DNA of 64,000 bases from Acetobacteraceae bacterium (GTDB taxonomy: Bacteria; Pseudomonadota; Alphaproteobacteria; Acetobacterales; Acetobacteraceae): contig DAHWFB010000114.1 in assembly GCA_027326105.1 (NCBI GenBank), positions 33,365 to 97,364 on the forward strand, written 5' to 3'. The notes under the pieces were generated by a model. It did no database searches. It worked only from the letters and a program-made list of their open reading frames with translations, and was not told the origin of the DNA. Position numbers and translations under genes: made by a program. This document shows, in pieces, positions 48,026 through 57,031 of the stretch. How positions within the stretch are numbered: position 1 is the stretch's first letter; every line of letters begins with the position of its first letter.

Positions 48026-49183
48026 ATGAGCCAGCGGTTCTGCTGCGTCGGCGCCGGATTTTCGGGCGCGGTGCTGGCGCGCGCCCTGGCGGAGGCGGGA
48101 CTTCCCGTGCTCGTGGTCGAAGAGCGGGGGCATGTGGCGGGCAATTGCCATACCGAGCGCGACGCCGCGACGGGCGTGATGGTGCATCGCTTCGGCCCGC
48201 ACATCTTCCATACCGCCAACGAGGAGGTGTGGAGCTATGTCCACCGCTTCGCCGCCTTCCGCCGCTATGTCAACCGGGTGAAGGCGGTGGTCGGCGGGCG
48301 GATGTTTACTTTGCCTATCAATCTATTGACCCTCAACCAATTCTTCGGCCGGGTGATGGGGCCGGACGAGGCGCGGCGCTGGCTTGCCAGCGAGGTGCGG
48401 GGCGACATCACCGCGCCCGCCAATTTCGAGGAGCAGGCGCTGGCGCTGGTGGGCGCTCGGCTCTATCGCGCCTTCTTCGAGGGCTACACGCGCAAGCAGT
48501 GGGGCCGCGAGCCACGGGAATTGCCCGCCGCGATCCTCAAGCGCCTGCCGATCCGCTTCAGCTACGACGACAACTACTTCGACCATCCCCACCAGGGCAT
48601 TCCCGAGCGCGGGTATACGGCGCTGGTCGGGGCGATTCTCGACCATCCCGCGATCGAAGTGCGGGTTTCCTGCCGGTTCGAGGCGCTTGCGGAATCCTTC
48701 CGCCATGTCTTCTGGAGCGGACCGCTCGACCGCTGGTTCGCCTACCGCGCCGGGCGGCTCGAATACCGCACGCTCGACTTCGAGCGCATCGAGAGGGCGG
48801 GAGATTTCCAAGGAACCGCGGTGGTCAACTGGTGCGATGACGCGGTGCCGTGGACGCGCTCGGTCGAACACAAGCATTTCGCGCCCTGGGAGGCGGAGGG
48901 GTTTGCCCGAACGGTGGTGTTCCGCGAGCGCAGCCGCACCGCCGGGCCGGAGGATGCACCTTTCTATCCGGTGCGGCTGGCCGAGGGCGAGGCGCGCTTT
49001 GCCGCCTATCGGGAGATGGCGGCGGGCGCGCGGGGCGTGAGTTTTCTCGGCCGCCTCGGCACCTTCCGCTACCTCGACATGGACGTGACGATCGCAGAGG
49101 CGCTGGCCGCCGGGCGGCGGGTGCTTGCGTGCCTTGGGCAGGGGCGCGCGATTCCCCCGTTTCCCGAAGATGGGGCGGCATGA
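48026..49183 (+). CDS. glf: UDP-galactopyranose mutase
   Basis: The internal ATG at 48026 opens the FAD fold CVGAGFSGAVLARALAE. The conserved blocks HRFGPHIFHT, FTLPINL and YTRKQWG are present. Confidence 0.9.
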   Translation: MSQRFCCVGAGFSGAVLARALAEAGLPVLVVEERGHVAGNCHTERDAATGVMVHRFGPHIFHTANEEVWSYVHRFAAFRRYVNRVKAVVGGRMFTLPINLLTLNQFFGRVMGPDEARRWLASEVRGDITAPANFEEQALALVGARLYRAFFEGYTRKQWGREPRELPAAILKRLPIRFSYDDNYFDHPHQGIPERGYTALVGAILDHPAIEVRVSCRFEALAESFRHVFWSGPLDRWFAYRAGRLEYRTLDFERIERAGDFQGTAVVNWCDDAVPWTRSVEHKHFAPWEAEGFARTVVFRERSRTAGPEDAPFYPVRLAEGEARFAAYREMAAGARGVSFLGRLGTFRYLDMDVTIAEALAAGRRVLACLGQGRAIPPFPEDGAA

Positions 49184-50103
49184 TCGCCGCCATCATCGTC
49201 ACCTGCCGCAGGCCGGTGCTGCTCGCGCGCGCGATCGGGGCCGCGCTGGTGCAGAGCCTGGCGCCGGAACTCGTGCTGGTAGTCGACAACAGCGTGGACC
49301 CGGCGGTGAACGAGGCGGTGCGTGCGGCCTTCGCGGCCGACAGCCGGGTGCGCTTCCACCTCGCGCGGCGCAACCTCGGCGGCGCCGGCGGCTTCCACCT
49401 CGGCTTGCGTCTCGGCCTCGCGGCCGGAGCGGAGGCGATGTGGCTGCTCGATGACGACGCGATCGCCGCACCCGAGGCACTGGCCTGGCTGGCGCGGACG
49501 GCGGCGGAATTCGCCCCGGTCGGGTTCGTGTGTTCGCGGGTGGAGTGGACCGACGGAAGCCCCGCGGTGATGAACCAGCCCACCCCGGCCGCGGACTGGG
49601 TGCGCCACCTCGCCATCGGGCGGCCGGTGGTGAAGGTCGCGACCGCGACCTTCGTCTCGCTGCTGGTGCCCGCCGCGGCGGTGCGCGCCAAGGGGCTCCC
49701 GCCGCGCGAGTTCTTCGTCTGGTACGACGATAACGACTATACGCTGCGCCTCACCCGCGACCTGCCCGGGCTGTGGGAGGGGCGGAGCCTGGTCGTACAC
49801 GAGATGGCGCGCAACGAGGGCGCGGATTTCGCCACCGTCGGCCCCGCCGACCTGTGGAAATACCGCTGCGGCGTGCGCAACGAGATCGCGACCGTGCGCC
49901 ACCACGAGGGGTTCGCCGCGGCCCTCCTGCGGCTGGGCGCGCTCGGTCTGCGGCTGCGCGCGGTGCCGGGGCGGCGGGAGCGCCGGGCGCTCTATCGCGC
50001 CGCCGTGCGTGGGCTTTTCTTCCGCTACCGGGTGGAATTTCCCGCGGCCAGCGACGCTTTCCCCGAGCTCGCGGCCGGCGCGGGGGTGGCGCCGCCCCGA
50101 TGA
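49180..50103 (+). CDS. Family 2 glycosyltransferase (possible galactofuranosyltransferase)
   Basis: ATG 49180 forms an ATGA overlap with the glf stop. The product begins IIVTCRRPVLLARAI..., has LVVDNS and a DDD-type motif (WLLDDDA), and is 307 aa. The substrate is inferred only from linkage to glf. Confidence 0.7.
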   Translation: MIAAIIVTCRRPVLLARAIGAALVQSLAPELVLVVDNSVDPAVNEAVRAAFAADSRVRFHLARRNLGGAGGFHLGLRLGLAAGAEAMWLLDDDAIAAPEALAWLARTAAEFAPVGFVCSRVEWTDGSPAVMNQPTPAADWVRHLAIGRPVVKVATATFVSLLVPAAAVRAKGLPPREFFVWYDDNDYTLRLTRDLPGLWEGRSLVVHEMARNEGADFATVGPADLWKYRCGVRNEIATVRHHEGFAAALLRLGALGLRLRAVPGRRERRALYRAAVRGLFFRYRVEFPAASDAFPELAAGAGVAPPR

Positions 50104-51107
50104 CCGCCGGCCGGCCCACCTACGCCGACATCGCCCGCCGCGCCGGCGTCGGCGTCGCCACCGTCGAGCGGGTGCTGAACGCGCGCGGCGGGGTTCGCCC
50201 GGCCACCGTCGAAAAGGTCATCGCCGCCGCCCGCGCGCTCGACCATCCGCGCCGCCTGCCGGAGGCCTATCGTGGTCTGATCAGGATCGAGGTGCTGCTG
50301 GTGCGGCCCGAGACGTCCTTCTTCTCCCGCCTTTCCCGAGCCTTCGAGCGCCTCGCCGCGACGCTCGACCGGACCGTCGTTGTCCATCGCACCTTCCTCG
50401 ACGAGCGCGACCCCGGCGCGATCGCCGCGCGCATCCGCGCGCCGGGGCTGCGCCGCGCCGGCCTCATCCTGGCCGTGCCCGACCACCCGCTGATCCGCGC
50501 CGCCGTGGGCGAGGCCGGTGCGGCGCATCTGCCGGTGGTGCAGATCGTCAACCGCATCAACGCGACGCCGGCGGACTATGTCGGCATCGACAATTACGCC
50601 GCTGGCCGCACCGCCGCGCTGCTGCTCGCGGGGATGGAGCGACGCGAGGGACGCGTGGTCGCGCTCTGCCACAGCCCGATCTATCAGGGCCACCGCGACC
50701 GCATCCGCGGCTTCTCCGACTATCTCGCCGAACATCCCCGCGCCGATCTCGCTTTCGCCCATGTCTTCTTCGGCCGCGACGAGCGCGCCTTGAGCGCCGA
50801 CCTCCTCGCCCGGGCGTTCGCGCTGTGGCCCGATCTCGTCGGGCTCTACAACGCCGGCGGAGCCAACGGCGCGCTCTGCGCCTGGCTGCGGCGGCGGGGG
50901 CGCTCCTTGTTTTTCGTCGGCGACGAACTGACGGAAGCCAGCGCCGCCGCCCTGCGCGACGGGGTGATGGATTTCGTGCTCGATCAGGCGCCGGAGGCGC
51001 AGGCGCAACGGGCGATCGAACTCATGCTGGCGCGCCTCGGCCTGCTTTCCCCGCCGGCGGAAAACCGGCCCATCCGCTTCGTCACCTTCAGCGCCGAGAA
51101 TATTTGA
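50100..51107 (+). CDS. LacI family transcriptional regulator (paralogue of 42705..43733)
   Basis: ATG 50100 forms an ATGA overlap with the GT2 stop. The helix-turn-helix is YADIARRAGVGVATVERVLNARG, and the core is colinear with the other LacI in the window. Confidence 0.85.
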   Translation: MTAGRPTYADIARRAGVGVATVERVLNARGGVRPATVEKVIAAARALDHPRRLPEAYRGLIRIEVLLVRPETSFFSRLSRAFERLAATLDRTVVVHRTFLDERDPGAIAARIRAPGLRRAGLILAVPDHPLIRAAVGEAGAAHLPVVQIVNRINATPADYVGIDNYAAGRTAALLLAGMERREGRVVALCHSPIYQGHRDRIRGFSDYLAEHPRADLAFAHVFFGRDERALSADLLARAFALWPDLVGLYNAGGANGALCAWLRRRGRSLFFVGDELTEASAAALRDGVMDFVLDQAPEAQAQRAIELMLARLGLLSPPAENRPIRFVTFSAENI

Positions 51108-51198
51108 GGCCGGCTGGAGTTGAGGTGATTTGATCAAGCGAGATGCGGCGTGCGCCCGCCCGCCGTGGTAATGGAGCGGCCGTTGGGGGAGAGACATC

Positions 51199-52212
51199 AT
51201 GGACGATCTGGCCTTTGGCACCCGGAACAGGCGCGGCGACTGGTCGCCCAAGGAGCCGGCGGGAACGGCGCCGCTGTTCACCTTTCCGCCGCGCCCGCTC
51301 GCCTTTCTGAAGTGGCTGCCGCAGTATTTCCTGCCCTATAATCTGCTGTTCGCGCTTTCCGCCGTCGCCTGGTGGCGCTGGGTGCTGCCGGACGTCGCCG
51401 TGATGCAGACCCTCGGCTGGGGCTGGATCCTGCGGCTCTTCGTCATCAACTGCCTGGCGGTGTTCCTGTTTTTCGGCGCGTTCGAGCTCCGCCTCTACGT
51501 GTTGCGCGCGCAGGGAACCCGCTTCAAGTACAACGCCAAATGGCCGGCAGAGCAGCGCAGCACGGCCTTCTTCTTCCAGCGTCAGAACATCGACAACATG
51601 ATGCGCTGCTTCGGTACCGGCCTGCCGATCTGGACGGCGTTCGAGGTGGGCATTCTCTACGCCTATGCCAACGGCTACGTCCCCTGGCTCGGCTTCGCGC
51701 AGCATCCGCTGTATCTCTTCGTGCTGGCGTTGCTCGTTCCGATCATCCACGAGACGCACTTCTTTCTTCTGCACCGGGCGATCCATTGGGCTCCGCTCTA
51801 TCGCTGGGTGCATTCGGTGCACCATAATTCGGTGAACCCCTCGCCCTGGTCGTCGCTGTCGATGCACCCGGTCGAACAGGCCGGCTATCTCGGTGTCGCG
51901 CTCTGGCATCTCGTGCTTCCGTCGAACCCGATCCTCGCGCTCTATCAGCTCCATTATGCGGGTTTCGGTGCGATCCCCGGCCATATCGGCTTCGACAAGA
52001 TCGAGTTGGGCGGCGAGCGGTCGCTCGATAGCCACGCCTACATCCACTCCCTCCACCACAAATTCTTCGAGGTGAATTACGGCGACGGGCTGATCCCGTT
52101 CGACAAATGGCTCGGCACCTTCCATGACGGATCGGCCGAAGGCGAGGCGCGGATGCGCGCGCGCTATGAGCGCAAGAAGGCCCGGCTCAACGCGGCCGCC
52201 GGCGCGAAGTAG
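51199..52212 (+). CDS. Fatty acid hydroxylase / sterol desaturase superfamily membrane oxygenase (MocD-like)
   Basis: 337 aa with several TM segments. The histidine boxes HETHFFLLHRAIH, HSVHH and HSLHH are present. Confidence 0.8.
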   Translation: MDDLAFGTRNRRGDWSPKEPAGTAPLFTFPPRPLAFLKWLPQYFLPYNLLFALSAVAWWRWVLPDVAVMQTLGWGWILRLFVINCLAVFLFFGAFELRLYVLRAQGTRFKYNAKWPAEQRSTAFFFQRQNIDNMMRCFGTGLPIWTAFEVGILYAYANGYVPWLGFAQHPLYLFVLALLVPIIHETHFFLLHRAIHWAPLYRWVHSVHHNSVNPSPWSSLSMHPVEQAGYLGVALWHLVLPSNPILALYQLHYAGFGAIPGHIGFDKIELGGERSLDSHAYIHSLHHKFFEVNYGDGLIPFDKWLGTFHDGSAEGEARMRARYERKKARLNAAAGAK

Positions 52213-52222
52213 GGAGGGGGCG

Positions 52223-52537
52223 ATGGAGTCCTGGGTGGAGGCTTGCGCGCTCGACGCCATCGAGCAGGAAGGGGTGATCCGCTTCGACCATGGCGGGCGG
52301 ACCTACGCCATCTTCCGCTCGCCCGGCGATGAGGTGTTCTGCACCGACGGGCTATGCACGCACGAGAACGTCCATCTCTCGGGCGGGCTCGTCATCGACT
52401 ACGAGATCGAGTGCCCCAAGCACGCCGGCGCGTTCGACTATCGCACCGGCGAGGCGATCCGTCTGCCGCCCTGCGTCCGTCTCAAGACCTATCGGGCGCG
52501 GGTGGAGAACGGCAGGGTGAGCATCGACCTCGGCTGA
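52223..52537 (+). CDS. Rieske [2Fe-2S] ferredoxin (MocE-like)
   Basis: The internal ATG at 52223 follows GGGAGGGGG and opens a 104-aa product. The ligand motifs are C-T-H (CTHENVH) and C-P-K-H (CPKHAGAFD). Confidence 0.85.
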   Translation: MESWVEACALDAIEQEGVIRFDHGGRTYAIFRSPGDEVFCTDGLCTHENVHLSGGLVIDYEIECPKHAGAFDYRTGEAIRLPPCVRLKTYRARVENGRVSIDLG

Positions 52538-52553
52538 AGCCACGCCCTCGCGC

Positions 52554-52712
52554 TCAGAAATCCGTGCAGCGTCCCCTCTGTTCCCAATCCCCGTAGCGCG
52601 TGGGCTCGGGCCCCTTGGGGCCGCCGGCCTCGACTGGCGGCGGGGGGGACGCGGGCGCCGGTCCGGATTCGGGTTCGGGTTCGGGCGCGGCTTTGGCAGC
52701 GGATTCGTCCAT
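52554..52712 (-). CDS. DUF1674 (SDHAF4-like) small protein
   Basis: The internal ATG at 52712 opens a 52-aa product. It ends in the family signature EPTRYGDWEQRGRCTDF. Confidence 0.7.
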   Translation of the reverse strand: MDESAAKAAPEPEPESGPAPASPPPPVEAGGPKGPEPTRYGDWEQRGRCTDF

Positions 52713-52809
52713 CACCAGACCATGGTGCCGCCGGCCGGGCGGGGCAAGGCTTGATTTTTGCATCTTCGCAGGGCTTTCTCGGCAGCGCAGCAAAGCGGGA
52801 GCGGGTGGG

Positions 52810-53232
52810 ATGAGCGGAGCGATGTGTTTCGAGGATTTGAGCGTGGGCATGTCCGCCACGGTCGGCAAAACCATCAGCGAAGCCGACATTCTGCTCTTCG
52901 CCGCGGTATCCACCGACACCAACCCGGTCCATCTGAACGCCGAATACGCCGCCGGCACCCTGTTCAAGGAGCGCATCGCGCACGGAATGTTGAGTGCCGG
53001 ACTGATCAGCGCCGTGCTGGGCACCCGGCTGCCCGGCCCCGGCACCATCTATCTTTCCCAATCGCTGCGCTTCCGCGGGCCGGTGAAGATCGGCGATACG
53101 GTGATCGCCGAGGTCGAAGTGACGGCACTCGACGCCACCCGCCATCGTGCCACGCTCAAGACCACCTGCCTGGTCGCGGGCAAGGTGGTGATCGAAGGTG
53201 AGGCGCTGGTACAGGTGCCCGCCCGCGGCTGA
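52810..53232 (+). CDS. MaoC-like (R)-specific enoyl-CoA hydratase / dehydratase
   Basis: The internal ATG at 52810 lies 8 nt after GGGAG. The hot-dog fold motif is AAVSTDTNPVHLNAEYAAGTLFKERIAHGML. Confidence 0.85.
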   Translation: MSGAMCFEDLSVGMSATVGKTISEADILLFAAVSTDTNPVHLNAEYAAGTLFKERIAHGMLSAGLISAVLGTRLPGPGTIYLSQSLRFRGPVKIGDTVIAEVEVTALDATRHRATLKTTCLVAGKVVIEGEALVQVPARG

Positions 53233-54197
53233 TGCGCATCGTCGAGGACTGGCGCGCGGTGCCGGCAGCGGCGCGGGGGGCGAGTCTCGCGCTCGGCAAT
53301 TTCGACGGCGTCCATCTCGGCCACGCCCGCGTGGTGCGGGCGGCGCACGGGGCGGAGCCGCGGGTGCCCTTGGGGGTCGTCACCTTCGAGCCTCACCCGC
53401 GCCGGTTCTTCCGGCCGCAGGATCCGCCGTTCCGGCTTACCCTGCCCACCGAGCGGGCGGCGGCACTCGCCGCCCTCGGCGTGGAATGGGTGTTCCAGTT
53501 GCGCTTCGACGAAGCATTCAGCCTGATGCCGGCGGAAGAATTCGTCGCCGGGGTGCTCCACCAGGGGCTCGGTGCACGCCATCTCGCCTGCGGCGGGGAT
53601 TTCGCCTTCGGGCACCGGCGCGGGGGTGACACCACCCTGCTCGCCCGCGAGGCGGAGGCGCGGGGCATCGGGCTCACGCTGGTGCCCCACCTCGCCGACG
53701 CGGAGGGGCCGATCTCCTCGAGCCGGATCCGCCGCGCGCTGGAAGACGGCTATCCCGAGCGCGCCACCGCGGCGCTCGGTCGCCCGTGGGCGATCCGCGG
53801 CGTCGTCACCGAAGGCGACCACGAGGCGCGGGAATTCGGCGTGCCGACGGCGAACGTGGCTCTCGGCGAACATCTCGAGCCGGCGCGCGGGGTCTATGCC
53901 GTCTCCGTGCGGTTGGCGGAGGGGACGGAGCGGCCGGGGGTAGGCTATGTCGGGCGGCGGCCGACGACGCCCGGGGAAACGCCGCGGCAGATCGAGGCGC
54001 ATCTCTTCGACTGGGCGGGCGACCTCTACGGCACCGAGATCGCGGTGTCGCTGCACCGGTTCCTCCGCCCGGACCGGCGGTTCCCCGACCTTGCCGGGTT
54101 GCGTGCGCAGATCGCGGCGGACACCGAAGAGGCGCGGCGGATCATGGACGCGGGCGGCGGGCGCCCCCTATGCTCGCCCGCGAGAGAGGACCGATGA
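53232..54197 (+). CDS. ribF: Bifunctional riboflavin kinase / FMN adenylyltransferase
   Basis: 321 aa. It carries the motif LALGNFDGVHLGH and a C-terminal riboflavin kinase domain. Confidence 0.95.
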   Translation: MRIVEDWRAVPAAARGASLALGNFDGVHLGHARVVRAAHGAEPRVPLGVVTFEPHPRRFFRPQDPPFRLTLPTERAAALAALGVEWVFQLRFDEAFSLMPAEEFVAGVLHQGLGARHLACGGDFAFGHRRGGDTTLLAREAEARGIGLTLVPHLADAEGPISSSRIRRALEDGYPERATAALGRPWAIRGVVTEGDHEAREFGVPTANVALGEHLEPARGVYAVSVRLAEGTERPGVGYVGRRPTTPGETPRQIEAHLFDWAGDLYGTEIAVSLHRFLRPDRRFPDLAGLRAQIAADTEEARRIMDAGGGRPLCSPAREDR

Positions 54198-57031
54198 GCA
54201 AGCCCGCCCCCAGGACCCGCGCCGAGGCCAGTGCCGAGAACGACACCGCGCGCGAGTATCGTGACACCGTGTTCCTGCCCCAGACCGATTTTCCCATGCG
54301 CGGCGACCTCCCCAAGCGCGAGCCGGCGTTGCTCGCGCGCTGGGCGGCGATGGACGTCTGGGGCAGGCTGCGCGCGAAGAGTGCGGGGCGGCGGAAATTC
54401 ATCCTCCATGACGGGCCGCCCTACGCCAACGGGCACCTGCACATCGGCCACGCGCTCAACAAGATCCACAAGGACGTGATCAACCGCGCCCGCCAGATGG
54501 CCGGCGAGGATGGGCTCTACATCCCGGGATGGGACTGCCACGGGCTGCCGATCGAGTGGAAGATCGAGGAGGAATACCGCAAATCCGGGCGCGACAAGGA
54601 CGCCGTGCCGGTGCTCGACTTCCGCGCCGAATGCCGCGCCTACGCCAGGCACTGGATGGCGGTGCAGGAGCAGGAATTCCGCCGCCTCGGCGTGCTCGGC
54701 GACTGGGACAACCGCTACGCGACGATGGATTTCGCCTCCGAAGCCGCGATCGTCGCCGAAATCGGGAAATTCCTGCTCAATGGCGCGCTCTATCGCGGCC
54801 TGCGGCCGGTGATGTGGAGCCCGGTGGAGAAGACCGCGCTCGCCGAGGCGGAGGTGGAATACCACGACCACCGTTCCACCACCGTCTGGGTGCGTTTTCC
54901 GCTGCTAACTGCCTCCGCGCCGCTCGCCAGGGCAGCGATCGTGATCTGGACCACCACGCCCTGGACGCTGCCCGGCAACCGCGCCATCGCTTGCGGGGCG
55001 ACGATCGAATACGCGCTGATCCATGTCGATGCCGTGGCCGAAGGGGCCGGTGCGCGGGCCGGCGAGCGGCTGCTGGTGGCGCTCGCCCTTCTGCCTGCGT
55101 TCCTGGAGATTGCGGGTATCACGCTGCATCACGTCGTGCATGTGTACCCGGGCGCGGAGCTGGTCGGGCTATCCTGCGCCCACCCCTGGCGCGGACGGGG
55201 CTACGATTTCGAAGTGCCGGTGCTCAGCGGTGAGCATGTCACCACCGAGGCGGGCACCGGCTTCGTCCATACCGCACCCTCGCACGGCGAGGAGGATTTC
55301 GCCCTCGGCCGCGCCCATGGAATCGAGGTACCGGACACCGTGGGTGACGACGGCACCTTCAACGCCTGGGTGCCGATCTTCGCCGGGATCCATGTCTACA
55401 AGGCGGCGGAGGCGGTGTGCGCCGCCCTCACCGAGGTGGGCGCGCTGGTGGCACGGGGCACACTCCTGCATCCCTATCCCCACTCCTGGCGCTCCAAGGC
55501 GCCCTTGATCTATCGCGCGACACCGCAATGGTTCATCCGCATGGATGGGCCGGAAGCGATTCGCGCCAAGGCGCTGACCGCCATCGCCGAGACCCGCTTC
55601 GTGCCGGAGGCCGGGCGCACGCGCCTTGCCAGCATGATCGCCGCAAGGCCCGACTGGTGTATCTCCCGCCAGCGCGCCTGGGGCGTGCCCATCGCGGTGT
55701 TCGTCGACCGCGCGACCGGGGAGCCGCTGCGCGACGGGGCGGTGATGGCGCGCGTGGTGGAGGCGTTCGCCCTCGAAGGGGCGGACGCCTGGTATGCCCT
55801 GCCGGCGAGCTTCTTTCTCGGGCCCGACCGCGACCCGGCGGCCTACGAGCAGGTCAAGGACATCGTGGACGTGTGGTTCGAATCGGGCTCGACCCACGCC
55901 TTCACTCTGGAGGAGCGCGGCCTGCCGTGGCCGGCGGACGTCTATCTCGAAGGCTCCGACCAGCATCGCGGCTGGTTCCATTCCTCCCTTCTCGAGGCGG
56001 TCGGCACCCGCGGGCGCGCCCCGTTCAAGGCCATCGTCACCGACGGGTTCGTGCTCGACGAGCAGGGGCGGAAGATGTCGAAATCGCTCGGCAACGTCAC
56101 CGCGCCGCAAGAGGTCAACGACAAATGGGGCGCCGACATCCTGCGTCTTTGGGTGATGTCGTCCGACACCTCGGAGGACCTGCGCATCGGGCCGGAAATC
56201 CTCAAGCAGCAGGCCGAGCTCTACCGCCGTTTGCGCAACACGTTGCGCTGGCTCCTGGGCGCACTCGCCGGCTTCACCGAGGCGGAGCGGGTGGCGGAGG
56301 CGGAAATGCCCGGTCTTGAGCGCTTCCTGCTGCACCGGATGTCCGAGATCGACACGCTGGTGCGCAGGGCGGTCGCGAGCCATGACTGGACCGGGGTCTA
56401 TCCCGCGATCCACAATTTCTGTGCCGCCGATCTTTCCGCGTTCTATTTCGACATTCGCAAGGACGCGCTCTATTGCGACCGGCCTGACAGCCTCCGCCGC
56501 CGGGCAGCACGCAGCCTGCTCGACCATCTGCAGCGCGCGCTCTGCGCCTGGCTCGCGCCCTGCCTGGTATTCACCGCGGAGGAGGCGTGGATGGCCCGCT
56601 TCGGGGCCGAGACCTCGGTGCATCTCGAGGATTTCCCGCCGATCCCGCCAGTGTGGCAGGATCCGGCGCTCGCCGAGCGTTGGGTGCGCATCCGCGAGCG
56701 CCGCCGCGTCGGCACCGCGGCCCTCGAGGCGATGCGCCAGGACGGGCGCATCGGCGCCTCGATCCAGGCGGAGGCCCGGCTAGGCTTCGCGCCCGGCGAG
56801 GATCCGCTGCTCGGCGCCGAGGAATGGGCGGAAGTGCTGATCGTCGCCCGCGCCGCGGTGGCCGTCGGCGAAGGGCTCGCTGCCTGCGCCGTGGAGGTGG
56901 CAGAGGGCGAGAAATGCGCCCGCTGCTGGCGGGTGCTGCCGGAAACCGGAAGCAACGCGTGCCACCCAGGCCTGTGCCTGCGCTGCGCGGATGCGGTGGC
57001 ATCGGGGCTGGTGTGCCGGGCGCTCGCGTGA
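54194..57031 (+). CDS. ileS: Isoleucine--tRNA ligase
   Basis: The internal ATG at 54194 forms an ATGA overlap with the ribF stop. The HIGH motif (PYANGHLHIGHA), KMSKS and a C-terminal Zn-finger CARCWR...C..C are present, and the product is 945 aa. Confidence 0.95.
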   Translation: MSKPAPRTRAEASAENDTAREYRDTVFLPQTDFPMRGDLPKREPALLARWAAMDVWGRLRAKSAGRRKFILHDGPPYANGHLHIGHALNKIHKDVINRARQMAGEDGLYIPGWDCHGLPIEWKIEEEYRKSGRDKDAVPVLDFRAECRAYARHWMAVQEQEFRRLGVLGDWDNRYATMDFASEAAIVAEIGKFLLNGALYRGLRPVMWSPVEKTALAEAEVEYHDHRSTTVWVRFPLLTASAPLARAAIVIWTTTPWTLPGNRAIACGATIEYALIHVDAVAEGAGARAGERLLVALALLPAFLEIAGITLHHVVHVYPGAELVGLSCAHPWRGRGYDFEVPVLSGEHVTTEAGTGFVHTAPSHGEEDFALGRAHGIEVPDTVGDDGTFNAWVPIFAGIHVYKAAEAVCAALTEVGALVARGTLLHPYPHSWRSKAPLIYRATPQWFIRMDGPEAIRAKALTAIAETRFVPEAGRTRLASMIAARPDWCISRQRAWGVPIAVFVDRATGEPLRDGAVMARVVEAFALEGADAWYALPASFFLGPDRDPAAYEQVKDIVDVWFESGSTHAFTLEERGLPWPADVYLEGSDQHRGWFHSSLLEAVGTRGRAPFKAIVTDGFVLDEQGRKMSKSLGNVTAPQEVNDKWGADILRLWVMSSDTSEDLRIGPEILKQQAELYRRLRNTLRWLLGALAGFTEAERVAEAEMPGLERFLLHRMSEIDTLVRRAVASHDWTGVYPAIHNFCAADLSAFYFDIRKDALYCDRPDSLRRRAARSLLDHLQRALCAWLAPCLVFTAEEAWMARFGAETSVHLEDFPPIPPVWQDPALAERWVRIRERRRVGTAALEAMRQDGRIGASIQAEARLGFAPGEDPLLGAEEWAEVLIVARAAVAVGEGLAACAVEVAEGEKCARCWRVLPETGSNACHPGLCLRCADAVASGLVCRALA

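Noticed and set aside
51130-51137. 8-bp palindrome TTGATCAA upstream of the oxygenase gene, considered as a LacI operator
   Set aside because: It is too short, its flanks are not symmetric, and chance occurrence is plausible.
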